From positions 67,527 to 131,526 of the forward strand of contig DASWRM010000030.1 in NCBI GenBank assembly GCA_036403155.1: DNA of 64,000 nucleotides, read 5' to 3'. Position 1 is the stretch's first letter; each line of letters starts with the position of its first letter. A model generated the notes under the pieces. It saw only the letters and a program-made list of their open reading frames with translations. It made no database searches and had not been told where the DNA came from. This stretch comes from Gaiellales bacterium. Its GTDB lineage: Bacteria; Actinomycetota; Thermoleophilia; Gaiellales; JAICJC01. Below are positions 54,842 to 63,794 of the stretch, piece by piece. The translations under genes were made by a program, and so were the position numbers.

Positions 54842-56590
54842 ATGAACAGCCGCGCTCGACGATCCATATTCTGTGTTGCAGCCGCGCTCCTTACGCTTGC
54901 AGCGGCGGCCACCGCCGAGGGCGCAACCGTGACGCTCCAACGTGGCTCGGCGGCGACGCTGACAACGCTGCCGGTTAGCAGAGCCGGTGTAGTTGCCTCC
55001 AACGGGGCGATCCCGACCGATCCGGTCGTGACGCTGCCGCTGGCCTCGGCTCACTCGCTCTTGGTGGACGACGCCCACCAGCACGTGTTCGTGAGCGGGG
55101 TGCCCAGCTCCGGCACGGGCGGGCTGCTGGTCCTCGATCGGCAGGGCACGGTCGTGGCCACGATCACCGACGAGGCTGGTGCCTCGGGCATGGCACTCGA
55201 TGGTGACACGCTCTACGTGGCGCGGTGCAACGTCGGCCTGATCGACACCATCGATACCGAAACCCTGACACGCACTGCGTCGCTGCCTGTCCACCCGGGC
55301 CCATCCGGAAGCTGCGCCCTGGCCGTCGCGGGCGGCCGCATCTGGTACTCCCACGATCAATGGGGCTATCTGACGAGCATGGACGAGGCGGCGCCGCATG
55401 CGGTCACCGAGTACACCGGCTTCGGCTTGATCTACGCCCCCGGGTTCGCAGCGAACCCCAGCAAGCCGGGGCGGTTGTTGGTGGGGGAGACCGATAGCGA
55501 GCCGGGCAGCGTCTGGTCGCTCGATGTCTCCACTCATACCCCCTCTGTGATCGGTACCACGGAGGGATCGACGCTCGACGGCCGCGCCATGCGCCTGACC
55601 TCCGACGGCGCCTTCGGGTTTTTCAGCAGCGACGAGGTAGACCTCTCCAACTTCGAAGTCACCAGGCAGTACGCCGGCCCGCGCGGGCTGCAACCGGTCG
55701 ACATCGCCGTGACGGACGACGACGGGTACGTGGCGGGGGCCGGCGTGGATGATGGCGGGCACGGACGGGTGTACGTGTACAAGCGCGGCGCCGACGCTCC
55801 GGTCCGCTCGTGGGACATGGGCGATTTCTTCAGCGGGGCGGCTCGCTTCCGGATCGGCTTCGGATCCGACGACTCGCTGTTCATGGTCAGTTGGGATCCC
55901 GTGTATGAGACACGGCCTGTGCAGTTCCAGGCGCTGTCGCATGCCACCTCTCAGCCGACCACGATCGGCCTGCAGACCAGCAGGCGGACCGTCACAGCCG
56001 GCCGCCGTGTCAGGCTGAGCGCTCAGCTCGGAGCCTGGGGCTCGAACCACACGGTGCAGTTCTACGCGACACCGCTGGGGCGGAACCAACGGCTGATCGG
56101 CAGCGCCACCATCGACCGCAACGGCACGGCGAGCATCCTTGTGAAACCGAAGCGGCAGACGATCTACACCGCAGCCTGGACGGGCGACGCCAGCTACGCC
56201 GCCGCCGTCTCACCGAACCAGCGTGTCAACGTGCGCGTGGCGATGACCGGCAAGCTGTCGAATTACTCGTCCACGTCGGCCGGCTACCGGATCTATCCCT
56301 ACACCTCGCGCTGCCCGACGTCCGGCAGGCACTGCCCCGTCTACACCACCGAGGTGTCACCCAACCACGCTGGCAAGGTCGTGCTGTTCCGGCTGCAGGT
56401 GGCGACCGCCTCAGGCTGGCGACTGATTGGCGCCGGCAAGGCGAAGCTCAGCGCGCGAAGCAGGGCACGCGCGATCGTCCCGTACACCGCCGCCGCGCGC
56501 GGACACCGGTTCCGCATCGCAGCGTGGTTCGGCGGCGATTCAGACCACCTCGGCAACCACACGCGCTGGGCTCGGTTCACGATCAGCTAG
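54842..56590 (+). CDS. Secreted hypothetical protein: N-terminal beta-propeller-like region plus C-terminal Ig-like/beta-sandwich region
   Basis: Signal peptide (IFCVAAALLTLAAAATAEG). The N-terminal half resembles YncE/lactonase-type propeller strands (LLVLDRQGTVVATI, LDGDTLYVA, IDTIDTETL). The C-terminal half (TIGLQTSRRTVTAGRRVRLSAQL...VQFYATP...) looks like Ig-like repeats. A GGGGAGGAG Shine-Dalgarno precedes the ATG at 54842. Confidence 0.6.
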   Translation: MNSRARRSIFCVAAALLTLAAAATAEGATVTLQRGSAATLTTLPVSRAGVVASNGAIPTDPVVTLPLASAHSLLVDDAHQHVFVSGVPSSGTGGLLVLDRQGTVVATITDEAGASGMALDGDTLYVARCNVGLIDTIDTETLTRTASLPVHPGPSGSCALAVAGGRIWYSHDQWGYLTSMDEAAPHAVTEYTGFGLIYAPGFAANPSKPGRLLVGETDSEPGSVWSLDVSTHTPSVIGTTEGSTLDGRAMRLTSDGAFGFFSSDEVDLSNFEVTRQYAGPRGLQPVDIAVTDDDGYVAGAGVDDGGHGRVYVYKRGADAPVRSWDMGDFFSGAARFRIGFGSDDSLFMVSWDPVYETRPVQFQALSHATSQPTTIGLQTSRRTVTAGRRVRLSAQLGAWGSNHTVQFYATPLGRNQRLIGSATIDRNGTASILVKPKRQTIYTAAWTGDASYAAAVSPNQRVNVRVAMTGKLSNYSSTSAGYRIYPYTSRCPTSGRHCPVYTTEVSPNHAGKVVLFRLQVATASGWRLIGAGKAKLSARSRARAIVPYTAAARGHRFRIAAWFGGDSDHLGNHTRWARFTIS

Positions 56591-56613
56591 GCACGCATTG
56601 CCAAATGTCCGAC

Positions 56614-56646
56614 GGAAGCGGTGCGCAGCTCGAGCGCACCGCTTCC
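56614..56646 (+). terminator. Perfect 13-bp stem hairpin (GGAAGCGGTGCGC-agctcga-GCGCACCGCTTCC) after the secreted propeller/Ig gene
   Basis: Checked base by base. It starts 24 nt after the stop at 56590. No U-tract follows it. Confidence 0.6.
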
Positions 56647-56717
56647 GCACGACGGCTGCCCGCCCGGCGTGCCGTGCGCGGACGTGCGGGCGGTCCGGTA
56701 CAGTCGCCCACCGCGAC

Positions 56718-58553
56718 ATGGCCCGTTCCCGCAGCGTCACCCGCCCCGCGCCGTTCGACACGCCGATCGATACCGCCATGCTTCGGCGGGTGGTCCGCGG
56801 GATCGCGTCGGTCGGATCGCATCCCCTCGGATTCCGCGCCGCGGGGACGCCTGAGGAGCATCAGGTCGCCGATTTCGTCGCCGACGAGATGCGCGGAATC
56901 GGGCTCGACGTCCATCTCGAACGGGTTCCGGTGCACGCGTGGCGGCTTCGCGATGCGGCCGTGACCGTCGATGGCCTCGACCGCCGGATCGCGGGCGCCT
57001 CGATGGCCGGCGTGCCGGCGACGCCGAAACAGGGCATCAGCGGCGAGCTCGTCTTCGTCGCAGATGGACGCCGCGACCGTCTCGACCGCATCGACGTCCG
57101 CGGCAAGGTGGCACTCGTCGCCTGGGGCCGGTCAGCGCCCTGGATCAGCGAGACGGGTCTCGAGCTCGGCCTTCGTGGAGCAAAGGCGATCATCCTCTGC
57201 TGTCTCGACGATGGGCCTCGCTTCCTCGGTGCCGGAGCGCTCGGCACGTCGGTCAGCGGCTGGCACGACGGGGCCCCGCCGCTGGTCACCGTGCGCGCGA
57301 AGGACGCGCGAGCGCTGATCAGGCGCTGCAGGACCGCAGCCGTCCGGGTGACCGTGACGCTGGCCGTCGAGGCGCGCCGCCGGGCGAGCGGTCGGAACGT
57401 GTGCGGCGTGCTCGGCGCGAACCTGCGCGGGGCGCCCCTCGTGGTCGGCGCCCACCACGACGGGTGGTTCTTCGGCGCCTTTGACAATGCCAGCGGCGTG
57501 GCCACGATGCTGGCGATTGCCAGCGGGCTTATCAAGACCGGGTGGCGCCCACAGCGGCCGGTGTGGTTCGTGTCGCACACCGCGGAGGAGTACGGGCGCC
57601 TGGACGACGACCAGGCGTGGTGCGTTGGAGCCTGGCATCAGGTGGCGGTCGAGCATCCGCGGTGGGGTGCCACCGTCCCGTTCTACATGGACATCGAGGC
57701 GTCCGGGCGCCCGCAGCTCCCCCAGGTGATCCTCGCCCCCGCCGAGCTGCGGCGCTTCGTCCGCGGCTGGGCAAGGTCGGCCGAGCACGCAGGACTCCTG
57801 CGCCGCTGGAAGGTCGAGGGCCCGAGCACCGGCACCCACCAGTGGCCGTTCCAGCTCGCCGGCGTTCCCGGCATCTCGGTTCTCAACTGGGACGAGGGCT
57901 TCGCGCGCACCGATTACCACACCGACCGCGACACGATGGGGCGCATGGATTTCGACCACCTCGGTGGGCAGGCGGCGTTCTACGCGGCGCTGCTCGTCGA
58001 CGCCGAGCGCCGCGGCGAGTCCCTTCTTGACTACCGCGCCGCGGGCCGGGAGGCAGCGAAGGCGTCGCCGGGCGGCGGGCTGGACGCTTCCGCGGCGGAG
58101 TACGCCCGCTCCGGGTCCCGACGCGCGTTCGCCCGTGTTGCCCGTCGAGGCATCGCCGTCGACGCCGGCGGAAAGGTCGGCCATCTGCACCTGCAGGCGG
58201 CGAAGGACGGGCGGCTGCTCGCCGACGCGATCGCCGCCCTCGAGCGCGGCGACCGGACGAGGGCGGGGAGGCTGTGCGAGCGCGTGGGCATGAACTCCCT
58301 GCAGCGTTCGGTGTCCCGTGACGTGCAGCTCCGCGCCGAGCGCCGTCACGTCGCGTCCCGTGGCTCGTGGCCCGCGAAGAGCCACCTCACGCGGACGCCG
58401 AACCTCTGGCGTGAGATCGCATCGATTCGCGGTGAGGCGGGATCGCGCCCGTTTGGCCCCTGGGTGACCGCGTCCCTTCGCCGCCACGAGGCGCGGTGCG
58501 CATCCGAGGCGGCGCGACGGACGGCCGCCCTCGCCGCCGCGCTGGCCGGGTAG
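56718..58553 (+). CDS. M28 family metallopeptidase with a PA domain and a C-terminal extension
   Basis: PA-domain-like insert (GELVFVADGRRDRLDRIDVRGKVALV). M28 zinc ligands (VVGAHHDGW, FDNASGVA, SHTAEEYG, HTDRDT). The ATG at 56718 was chosen; the upstream 97 codons of ORF 56427 overlap the preceding gene and its terminator hairpin. Confidence 0.75.
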   Translation: MARSRSVTRPAPFDTPIDTAMLRRVVRGIASVGSHPLGFRAAGTPEEHQVADFVADEMRGIGLDVHLERVPVHAWRLRDAAVTVDGLDRRIAGASMAGVPATPKQGISGELVFVADGRRDRLDRIDVRGKVALVAWGRSAPWISETGLELGLRGAKAIILCCLDDGPRFLGAGALGTSVSGWHDGAPPLVTVRAKDARALIRRCRTAAVRVTVTLAVEARRRASGRNVCGVLGANLRGAPLVVGAHHDGWFFGAFDNASGVATMLAIASGLIKTGWRPQRPVWFVSHTAEEYGRLDDDQAWCVGAWHQVAVEHPRWGATVPFYMDIEASGRPQLPQVILAPAELRRFVRGWARSAEHAGLLRRWKVEGPSTGTHQWPFQLAGVPGISVLNWDEGFARTDYHTDRDTMGRMDFDHLGGQAAFYAALLVDAERRGESLLDYRAAGREAAKASPGGGLDASAAEYARSGSRRAFARVARRGIAVDAGGKVGHLHLQAAKDGRLLADAIAALERGDRTRAGRLCERVGMNSLQRSVSRDVQLRAERRHVASRGSWPAKSHLTRTPNLWREIASIRGEAGSRPFGPWVTASLRRHEARCASEAARRTAALAAALAG

Positions 58554-58556
58554 GCC

Positions 58557-59291
58557 GTGCCGTCGGACGACCTGCTCTTCGCGCTCGAACTCGCGGACAT
58601 CGCGGACGCCATCAGCGTCCCGCGCTTCGGCGCCGGCGACCTGCAGGTGGCGATGAAGAGCGACCGCAGCCCCGTCACAGACGCAGACCATGCGGTCGAG
58701 CGGGCGGTGCGCGAGCGGATCGCGGGGGAGCGGCCGGGTGACGGCGTGCTGGGTGAGGAGCAGGCCACGGTCGAGGGCTCCACGCGCTGGGTCGTCGACC
58801 CGATCGACGGCACCCGCAACTTCGCACGAGGCATCCCGGTCTGGGCGACGCTGATCGCGCTCGAACGCGATGGCGGAGTCGTCTGCGGCGTCGTCTCCGC
58901 ACCCGCCATGAGCAGGCGCTGGTGGGCGGAGCGGGGAGCCGGGGCGTATCGGGACGGACATCCGATCCGCGTCTCGGAGGTGTCGGATCTGGCCGAGGCC
59001 GCCGTCTCCTGCGCGCACGGCGCCGACATGGCGGCGCTCGAGCCGGTGGTCTGGCATGCCCGCGGGTTCGGGGACTTCTGGGCGCACATGCTGGTCGCCG
59101 AGGGTGCGCTCGACGCGACGGTCGACGCCGGCCTGTCGTACTGGGACTACGCCGCGCTGTTGCCGATCGTCGAGGGAGCGGGCGGCCGCATCACCGGCCG
59201 CGACGGCGGGCCGCCGCTGCCGGGACGGCAGATCATCAGCTCCAATGGCCGCCTGCTCGAACGCCTGACCGGCCGGCTGGCCGCCGGCTGA
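58557..59291 (+). CDS. Inositol monophosphatase family protein (HisN-like histidinol-phosphatase candidate)
   Basis: VTDADHAVE, GEE, WVVDPIDGTRNF, and the WDYAAL motif. GTG start at 58557. Confidence 0.85.
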   Translation: MPSDDLLFALELADIADAISVPRFGAGDLQVAMKSDRSPVTDADHAVERAVRERIAGERPGDGVLGEEQATVEGSTRWVVDPIDGTRNFARGIPVWATLIALERDGGVVCGVVSAPAMSRRWWAERGAGAYRDGHPIRVSEVSDLAEAAVSCAHGADMAALEPVVWHARGFGDFWAHMLVAEGALDATVDAGLSYWDYAALLPIVEGAGGRITGRDGGPPLPGRQIISSNGRLLERLTGRLAAG

Positions 59292-59297
59292 CAGCGC

Positions 59298-60635
59298 TCA
59301 GACGGGCGCCCGCGCCGGATAGAGGTCACGCGCCCCGGCCCCCAGCGCGGCTGCCGCCGCCGCCCGGCCCGTCGCCACGGCGCCCTCCATGTACCCGCAG
59401 GCCCAGTGATCGGAGCCGGCCACGTAGAAGGGCGGCTCATGGGTGCCGTGAAGCGGCCCGACTGCGAGCACATCGCCGGGCGCCCAATGCGACACGTACC
59501 CGAGCGTGAACGGGTCGGCTCCCCAGTGACGCCACTCGATCGCCACGGGTTCCATCGGCTCGCCGAGGATGCGCTCGAGCGCCGCGCGCACCATGGCCGT
59601 CGCCACCCCCGGCGGCGCAGCCTGCACGAACGCGAACTGCTCGGGCCCGAACAGCGAGCTGAGCGTGCTCTCGCCCTGCACCCAGAAGCCGCCGATGTCG
59701 CGCTCCGACGCCGCCAGGCCGTTCCAGCCGACGCGGCGCCAGGCCGGGTCGGCGAGCGCCGTCACGGCCTTGCTGGCGTGCACCTGACGCTGCCGGTGCA
59801 GCGATGCGAGCCGCTCCTGGGAGAGGCCTTCGATATGGACGTTTCGGAGCGGCCCGACCGGCAATGCGCAGACGACCGCCTCGGCCTCGAGCCGCTCGCC
59901 GTTCTCGAGCTCCACGGTGCACGGCGCTCCAACGCGGACGGTCTCGACGACCGCGCCGAGGCGCAGACGGTCGCCCAGCTCGGCGGCGAGCGCGAGCGGC
60001 AGCCGGGCACTGCCCCCGTCGATCTTCAGGGATTCCCAGGTCTCGTAGTCGAACTGCGAGCGCCCGCCGGCCGCTGCCGCCGCACGAGCCGAGGCCAGCA
60101 CCGACCAGCGGTGGGTGGGGCCAGCGGCGGCGCCGAGGTGGTGCATGAGCACCACGCGGACGGCCGCCGGCGTGGCACCCGTCTCGCGGAGCAGGTCGTC
60201 CACGGACCGGCGGTCGAGCCGCGCCGCATCGGGGTGCGACCAGGGGTGGGCGGGATCGACCGTGCGCGCGATCGCCTCGAGCCTCTCCTCGAAGCGCCTG
60301 AGCGCGGCATGGTCGCCGTCATCGAGCCATCCCTCGCCGATCTCGACCCGGTCGAAGAGGTCGTAGGCCATGTCGCCGGGCTCCTCGGTGTAGCTGCCGA
60401 CGATGGGCAGCTCCAGCTCCCGCGCCAGTTCGAGGTACGCGTGATGCACGGGGCCCACGATCTCGCCGCCCATCTGGGCAACGCGGCCGTCGGCCAGGGT
60501 CGCCTGCTCCACCCGGCCGCCCGGGCGGTCGCGTGCCTCCAGCAGCAGCACGTCCGCGCCGCCGAGGGCCAGATCGCGCGCGCACGCAAGGCCGGCGAGG
60601 CCGGCGCCGAGCACGAGGACGTCGCGTCGCTCCAT
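59298..60635 (-). CDS. FAD-dependent amine oxidase (flavin monoamine oxidase family)
   Basis: An N-terminal dinucleotide fold (VLVLGAGLAGLACARDL...LLLEARDRPGGRV) and a C-terminal FAD motif (FYVAGSDH...GYMEGAV.TG). Confidence 0.85.
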   Translation of the reverse strand: MERRDVLVLGAGLAGLACARDLALGGADVLLLEARDRPGGRVEQATLADGRVAQMGGEIVGPVHHAYLELARELELPIVGSYTEEPGDMAYDLFDRVEIGEGWLDDGDHAALRRFEERLEAIARTVDPAHPWSHPDAARLDRRSVDDLLRETGATPAAVRVVLMHHLGAAAGPTHRWSVLASARAAAAAGGRSQFDYETWESLKIDGGSARLPLALAAELGDRLRLGAVVETVRVGAPCTVELENGERLEAEAVVCALPVGPLRNVHIEGLSQERLASLHRQRQVHASKAVTALADPAWRRVGWNGLAASERDIGGFWVQGESTLSSLFGPEQFAFVQAAPPGVATAMVRAALERILGEPMEPVAIEWRHWGADPFTLGYVSHWAPGDVLAVGPLHGTHEPPFYVAGSDHWACGYMEGAVATGRAAAAAALGAGARDLYPARAPV

Positions 60636-60674
60636 GGCAGCTGAGGATACCGGGCGCGGGATGGCCGGCCGCCG

Positions 60675-61484
60675 TCAGGCGCCGGCGAGCCGCTCCACCA
60701 CCCGCCGCTGCTCCGGATCCAGGAACGGCGGCGACCCGGCCGCGGCGTTGTCGCGGGCGTGCTCGGGGGAGGACGTCGCCGGGAGGACGACCGACACGCG
60801 CTCGTCGGCCAGGATCCACTTGAGCAGCGCCTGCGACCAGCTCCCGGCCTCGAGCCCGGCCAGCGCAGCGGCGTCGATGGGACGGATCAGCGCTCGCTGC
60901 GAGAACGGCCGCATGACCAGCACGCCGATGTCGAGCTCCGCGGCCAGCGGCAGGATCGTCCGCTCGACCTCGCGCTCGATCGGGTTGTAGGGGATCTGGA
61001 TGACGTCGATGCGCCCCGTGCGCATGACGTCTGCGAGCCGGTCGAATGCCGACGGCTGGTAGTGCGTCGCGCCGATCAGCCGCACGCGCCCCGCATCCCG
61101 TTCCTCCTCGAGCCAGTCGAGCTGATCGCTCCAGGCGCGGAGGTTGTGGATCTGCTCGAGCAGGACCGGCGCCCCGTAGAGTCCCAGGTGCCGCTCGAAC
61201 TGCTGACGGCCCTCGTCGGCGGTGTCGGCCCAGATCTTCGACACGACGAGCGGCTCGCCGTGGAGTGAGGTCAAGGCGTCCGCGATCCGCTCCTCCGAGC
61301 GGCCGTACATCGGTGACGTGTCGATGAGCGTCGTGCCGGCGTCGACCGCAGCGCGCAGCACTCCGTCCACCAGGCCCTGCTGCGCCGGGTCGACGTCGAA
61401 CGTCTGCCAGGATCCGATCCCCATGACCGGCAGCTCCAGGCCCGTCCGTCCCAGCCGCCGCGTGATCATCGAATGGCCGGACAT
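60675..61484 (-). CDS. Aldo/keto reductase
   Basis: RRLGRTGLELPVMGIGSW, IDTSPMYG (catalytic Asp/Tyr region), SKIW (Lys), IHNL (His), VIQIPYNP. The ATG at 61467-61469 (MITRRLG) is an alternative start. Confidence 0.88.
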   Translation of the reverse strand: MSGHSMITRRLGRTGLELPVMGIGSWQTFDVDPAQQGLVDGVLRAAVDAGTTLIDTSPMYGRSEERIADALTSLHGEPLVVSKIWADTADEGRQQFERHLGLYGAPVLLEQIHNLRAWSDQLDWLEEERDAGRVRLIGATHYQPSAFDRLADVMRTGRIDVIQIPYNPIEREVERTILPLAAELDIGVLVMRPFSQRALIRPIDAAALAGLEAGSWSQALLKWILADERVSVVLPATSSPEHARDNAAAGSPPFLDPEQRRVVERLAGA

Positions 61485-61496
61485 CGCCGCGGAACG

Positions 61497-62627
61497 CTAC
61501 CCTGGCCCCGGCGAGGCCGGTGCCGTCACCCGGCGGTCCGCACGCGCCAGCCAGCCGGGGTCGACCTCGACTCCCCATCCGGGGCCTGCGGGCGTCTCGA
61601 CGACGCCGTCGCGCGCTACCGGCTCGGGCGCGAACAGTCCACGCTGCCACGGGTAGTAGTCGTCGCCCTCGATCGAGAGCTCGATGTACGGCCCCGCGTT
61701 CTCGATCGCGCACATCAGATGCAGCGAGAAGACGGTGACGAGCGTCAGGTTCGCGGAGTGGGGGACGACCGGGATGCCGGCCTCCCGGGCCATGGCGGCG
61801 ACCCGCAGGGCGCGCGTGAAGCCGCCCACGTAGCAGACGTCCGGTTGCGCGATGTCGACGGCCCGCAGCTCGAACATCCGCCGCCACGTGGGCAGCAGAC
61901 AGTCCTGCTCGCCGCCCGTGACGTCGAGGTCGAGAGCCGCCGCCACCTCGGCCGTCCACTCCAGCTCCCAGTACGGGCAAGGCTCCTCGAAGTGCGCGAC
62001 CCCGTGCTGCTCCAGCATGCGGCCGACCTCGATCGCCCTTGCCGGCGTGTAGCAGCTGTTTGCGTCCACGAGCAGGGCCGCCTCGTCCCCGATTGCCCGG
62101 CGCACCGCCGGCACCAGCTGCTCCGTCCGGCCCGGCCACTCGTCCGCGTCGTGCCCGTTCTCGGCGCCGATCCGGATCTTGAACGCCCGGTATCCGTCCT
62201 GCTGGGCGAGGTGCGCGAGCCGCCGTGCCTCCTCGGCGGGCGGGATGTCGCGCCGCATGCTCGATGCGTATGCCGCGTAGGGCTGCGGCCGCCCGCCGGC
62301 CAGCTCGCAGACCGGGACGCCGGCACGCTTTGCGCGGAGGTCCCACAGCGCCGTGTCGAGCCCGCCGAGCGCTCGGCACACGTACGAGCCGGGGAACTTG
62401 AACTCGCGCTCCATGATCGCGCGCTCCAGGCCCTCGACGTCGTCCTCGCTCCAGCCGATCGCGTGCGGGGCGACCTGGCGGTGCAGCACCCGAGCCGTGA
62501 TGTCCGCGTTGTACGGCGCCACCTGGCCCCAACCATCCGCGCCGTCCTCCGCCGTCACCCGCACCAGCGCCACGTCCTCTGTTGCGAACGACTCGACGCT
62601 CGCAATGCGCGGTGCCTCAGGGGACAA
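61497..62627 (-). CDS. Enolase-superfamily enzyme (mandelate racemase/muconate lactonizing family; dehydratase or epimerase of unknown substrate)
   Basis: Capping domain (LVRVTAEDGADGWGQ). Barrel motifs FKIRIG, LLVDAN (Asp), FEEP (Glu), GGE (Glu), AQPD and VVPHS (His). A TTG start at 62625-62627 overlaps the upstream ADH gene by 11 nt. Confidence 0.85.
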   Translation of the reverse strand: MSPEAPRIASVESFATEDVALVRVTAEDGADGWGQVAPYNADITARVLHRQVAPHAIGWSEDDVEGLERAIMEREFKFPGSYVCRALGGLDTALWDLRAKRAGVPVCELAGGRPQPYAAYASSMRRDIPPAEEARRLAHLAQQDGYRAFKIRIGAENGHDADEWPGRTEQLVPAVRRAIGDEAALLVDANSCYTPARAIEVGRMLEQHGVAHFEEPCPYWELEWTAEVAAALDLDVTGGEQDCLLPTWRRMFELRAVDIAQPDVCYVGGFTRALRVAAMAREAGIPVVPHSANLTLVTVFSLHLMCAIENAGPYIELSIEGDDYYPWQRGLFAPEPVARDGVVETPAGPGWGVEVDPGWLARADRRVTAPASPGPG

Positions 62628-63720
62628 CGATCACCTTGACAGCCTCGCCGCCGACCGCGGTCGCGATGGCATCGTTGACGTCGTCCAGCGGGAACCGGTG
62701 GGTGATCAACGGCTCGAGCTGCAGCCGTCCGCCCTCGTACAGCGAGGCATAGCCCGGGATGTCGGTGTGCGGCCGTGCGGACCCGACCTTGCTTCCCACG
62801 ATACGTAGCCCGCGTTCGGCGATCGCCTCGGGATCGATCGTCACGGTCGCGTTCGAGGGCATTCCGACCAGCACCGCGAGCCCGCCGTCCGCAAGCATGG
62901 CGATGGCCGCCGCGACGGCGGCTCCCGAGGGAGCTGTGACGACGACGACATCGAGGCCGCGGCCGCCCGTCGCCTCATCCGCTGCCGCGGCCGCCTCGTC
63001 CGGAGTCGCCGTTCGGGTCGCGCCCAGCCGCTCCGCCGCCGAACGCTTCCTCTCGAGCGGATCGATGCCGATGATCACAGGAGCTCCCGCCAGCGCGCAT
63101 CCCTGCACCGCGTTCAGGCCGACGCCGCCCAGGCCGATCACGGCCGCAAGCGACCCGGCCTCCATGGCAGCCGTCCGCAGCACCGCTCCGGCGCCCGTGA
63201 GGACGCCACACGCAAGCAGCGCCGCCTGCTCCAGCGGCATCGTCCGCGGAACCGGGACGATCTGCGAGACGTCGGCGACGACCCGCTCGGCGAAGCCGGC
63301 GGTGCGCATCCCCTGGTGCACCGGCTCGCCGCCGAGGGTGAGCGGCGACCGCGCGAGCTCGCCCAGCCGGCCGCGCTGCTCGCACAGCGCCGGCAGTCCG
63401 CCCGCGCACGTGCGGCACCGCCCGCAGAAGCGGATCAGCGTGACGACCACGTGGTCGCCGACGGCGAGGCCGTCGACGCCGTCGCCCAGCTCGTCCACCA
63501 CGCCGGCCACCTCGTGCCCGAACACCGCGGGCAGGTGGCCGCCCCACGCGCCGCGCATGTACGCGACGTCGCTGTGGCAGATCGCGCAGGCCGCGACGCG
63601 GACGCCCACCTCGCCCGGCGCCGGGGGCCGCACGTCCAGGTGCTCGACGGTCATCGGCCCGCCGAACTCGTATGTCACGGCACCCCGGATCCGCCTGGCC
63701 GGTGGGGGGACTGAGTCCAT
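62617..63720 (-). CDS. Zinc-dependent alcohol dehydrogenase family oxidoreductase
   Basis: Catalytic zinc ligands (CAICHSD, GHEVAG), a structural zinc loop (CGRCRTCAGGLPALC), and a Rossmann motif (VIGLGGVGLNAV). The ATG at 63718-63720 was chosen (MDSVPPPARRIRGAVTYEFGGP...). Confidence 0.85.
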   Translation of the reverse strand: MDSVPPPARRIRGAVTYEFGGPMTVEHLDVRPPAPGEVGVRVAACAICHSDVAYMRGAWGGHLPAVFGHEVAGVVDELGDGVDGLAVGDHVVVTLIRFCGRCRTCAGGLPALCEQRGRLGELARSPLTLGGEPVHQGMRTAGFAERVVADVSQIVPVPRTMPLEQAALLACGVLTGAGAVLRTAAMEAGSLAAVIGLGGVGLNAVQGCALAGAPVIIGIDPLERKRSAAERLGATRTATPDEAAAAADEATGGRGLDVVVVTAPSGAAVAAAIAMLADGGLAVLVGMPSNATVTIDPEAIAERGLRIVGSKVGSARPHTDIPGYASLYEGGRLQLEPLITHRFPLDDVNDAIATAVGGEAVKVIVVP

Positions 63721-63794
63721 CGGCTGGGGAGTATGACGCGGGCCTCCGTCGGGCAGCACGGTTCGCGCGCCGGGCGGCGTGGGAGAATCACGCC

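Noticed and set aside
53070-56717. Flanking direct repeats (att-like sites) around the lower-GC islet
   Set aside because: Only a weak shared CGGAAG-containing stretch (about 53150 and about 56613) was seen. It is too short and imperfect to call.
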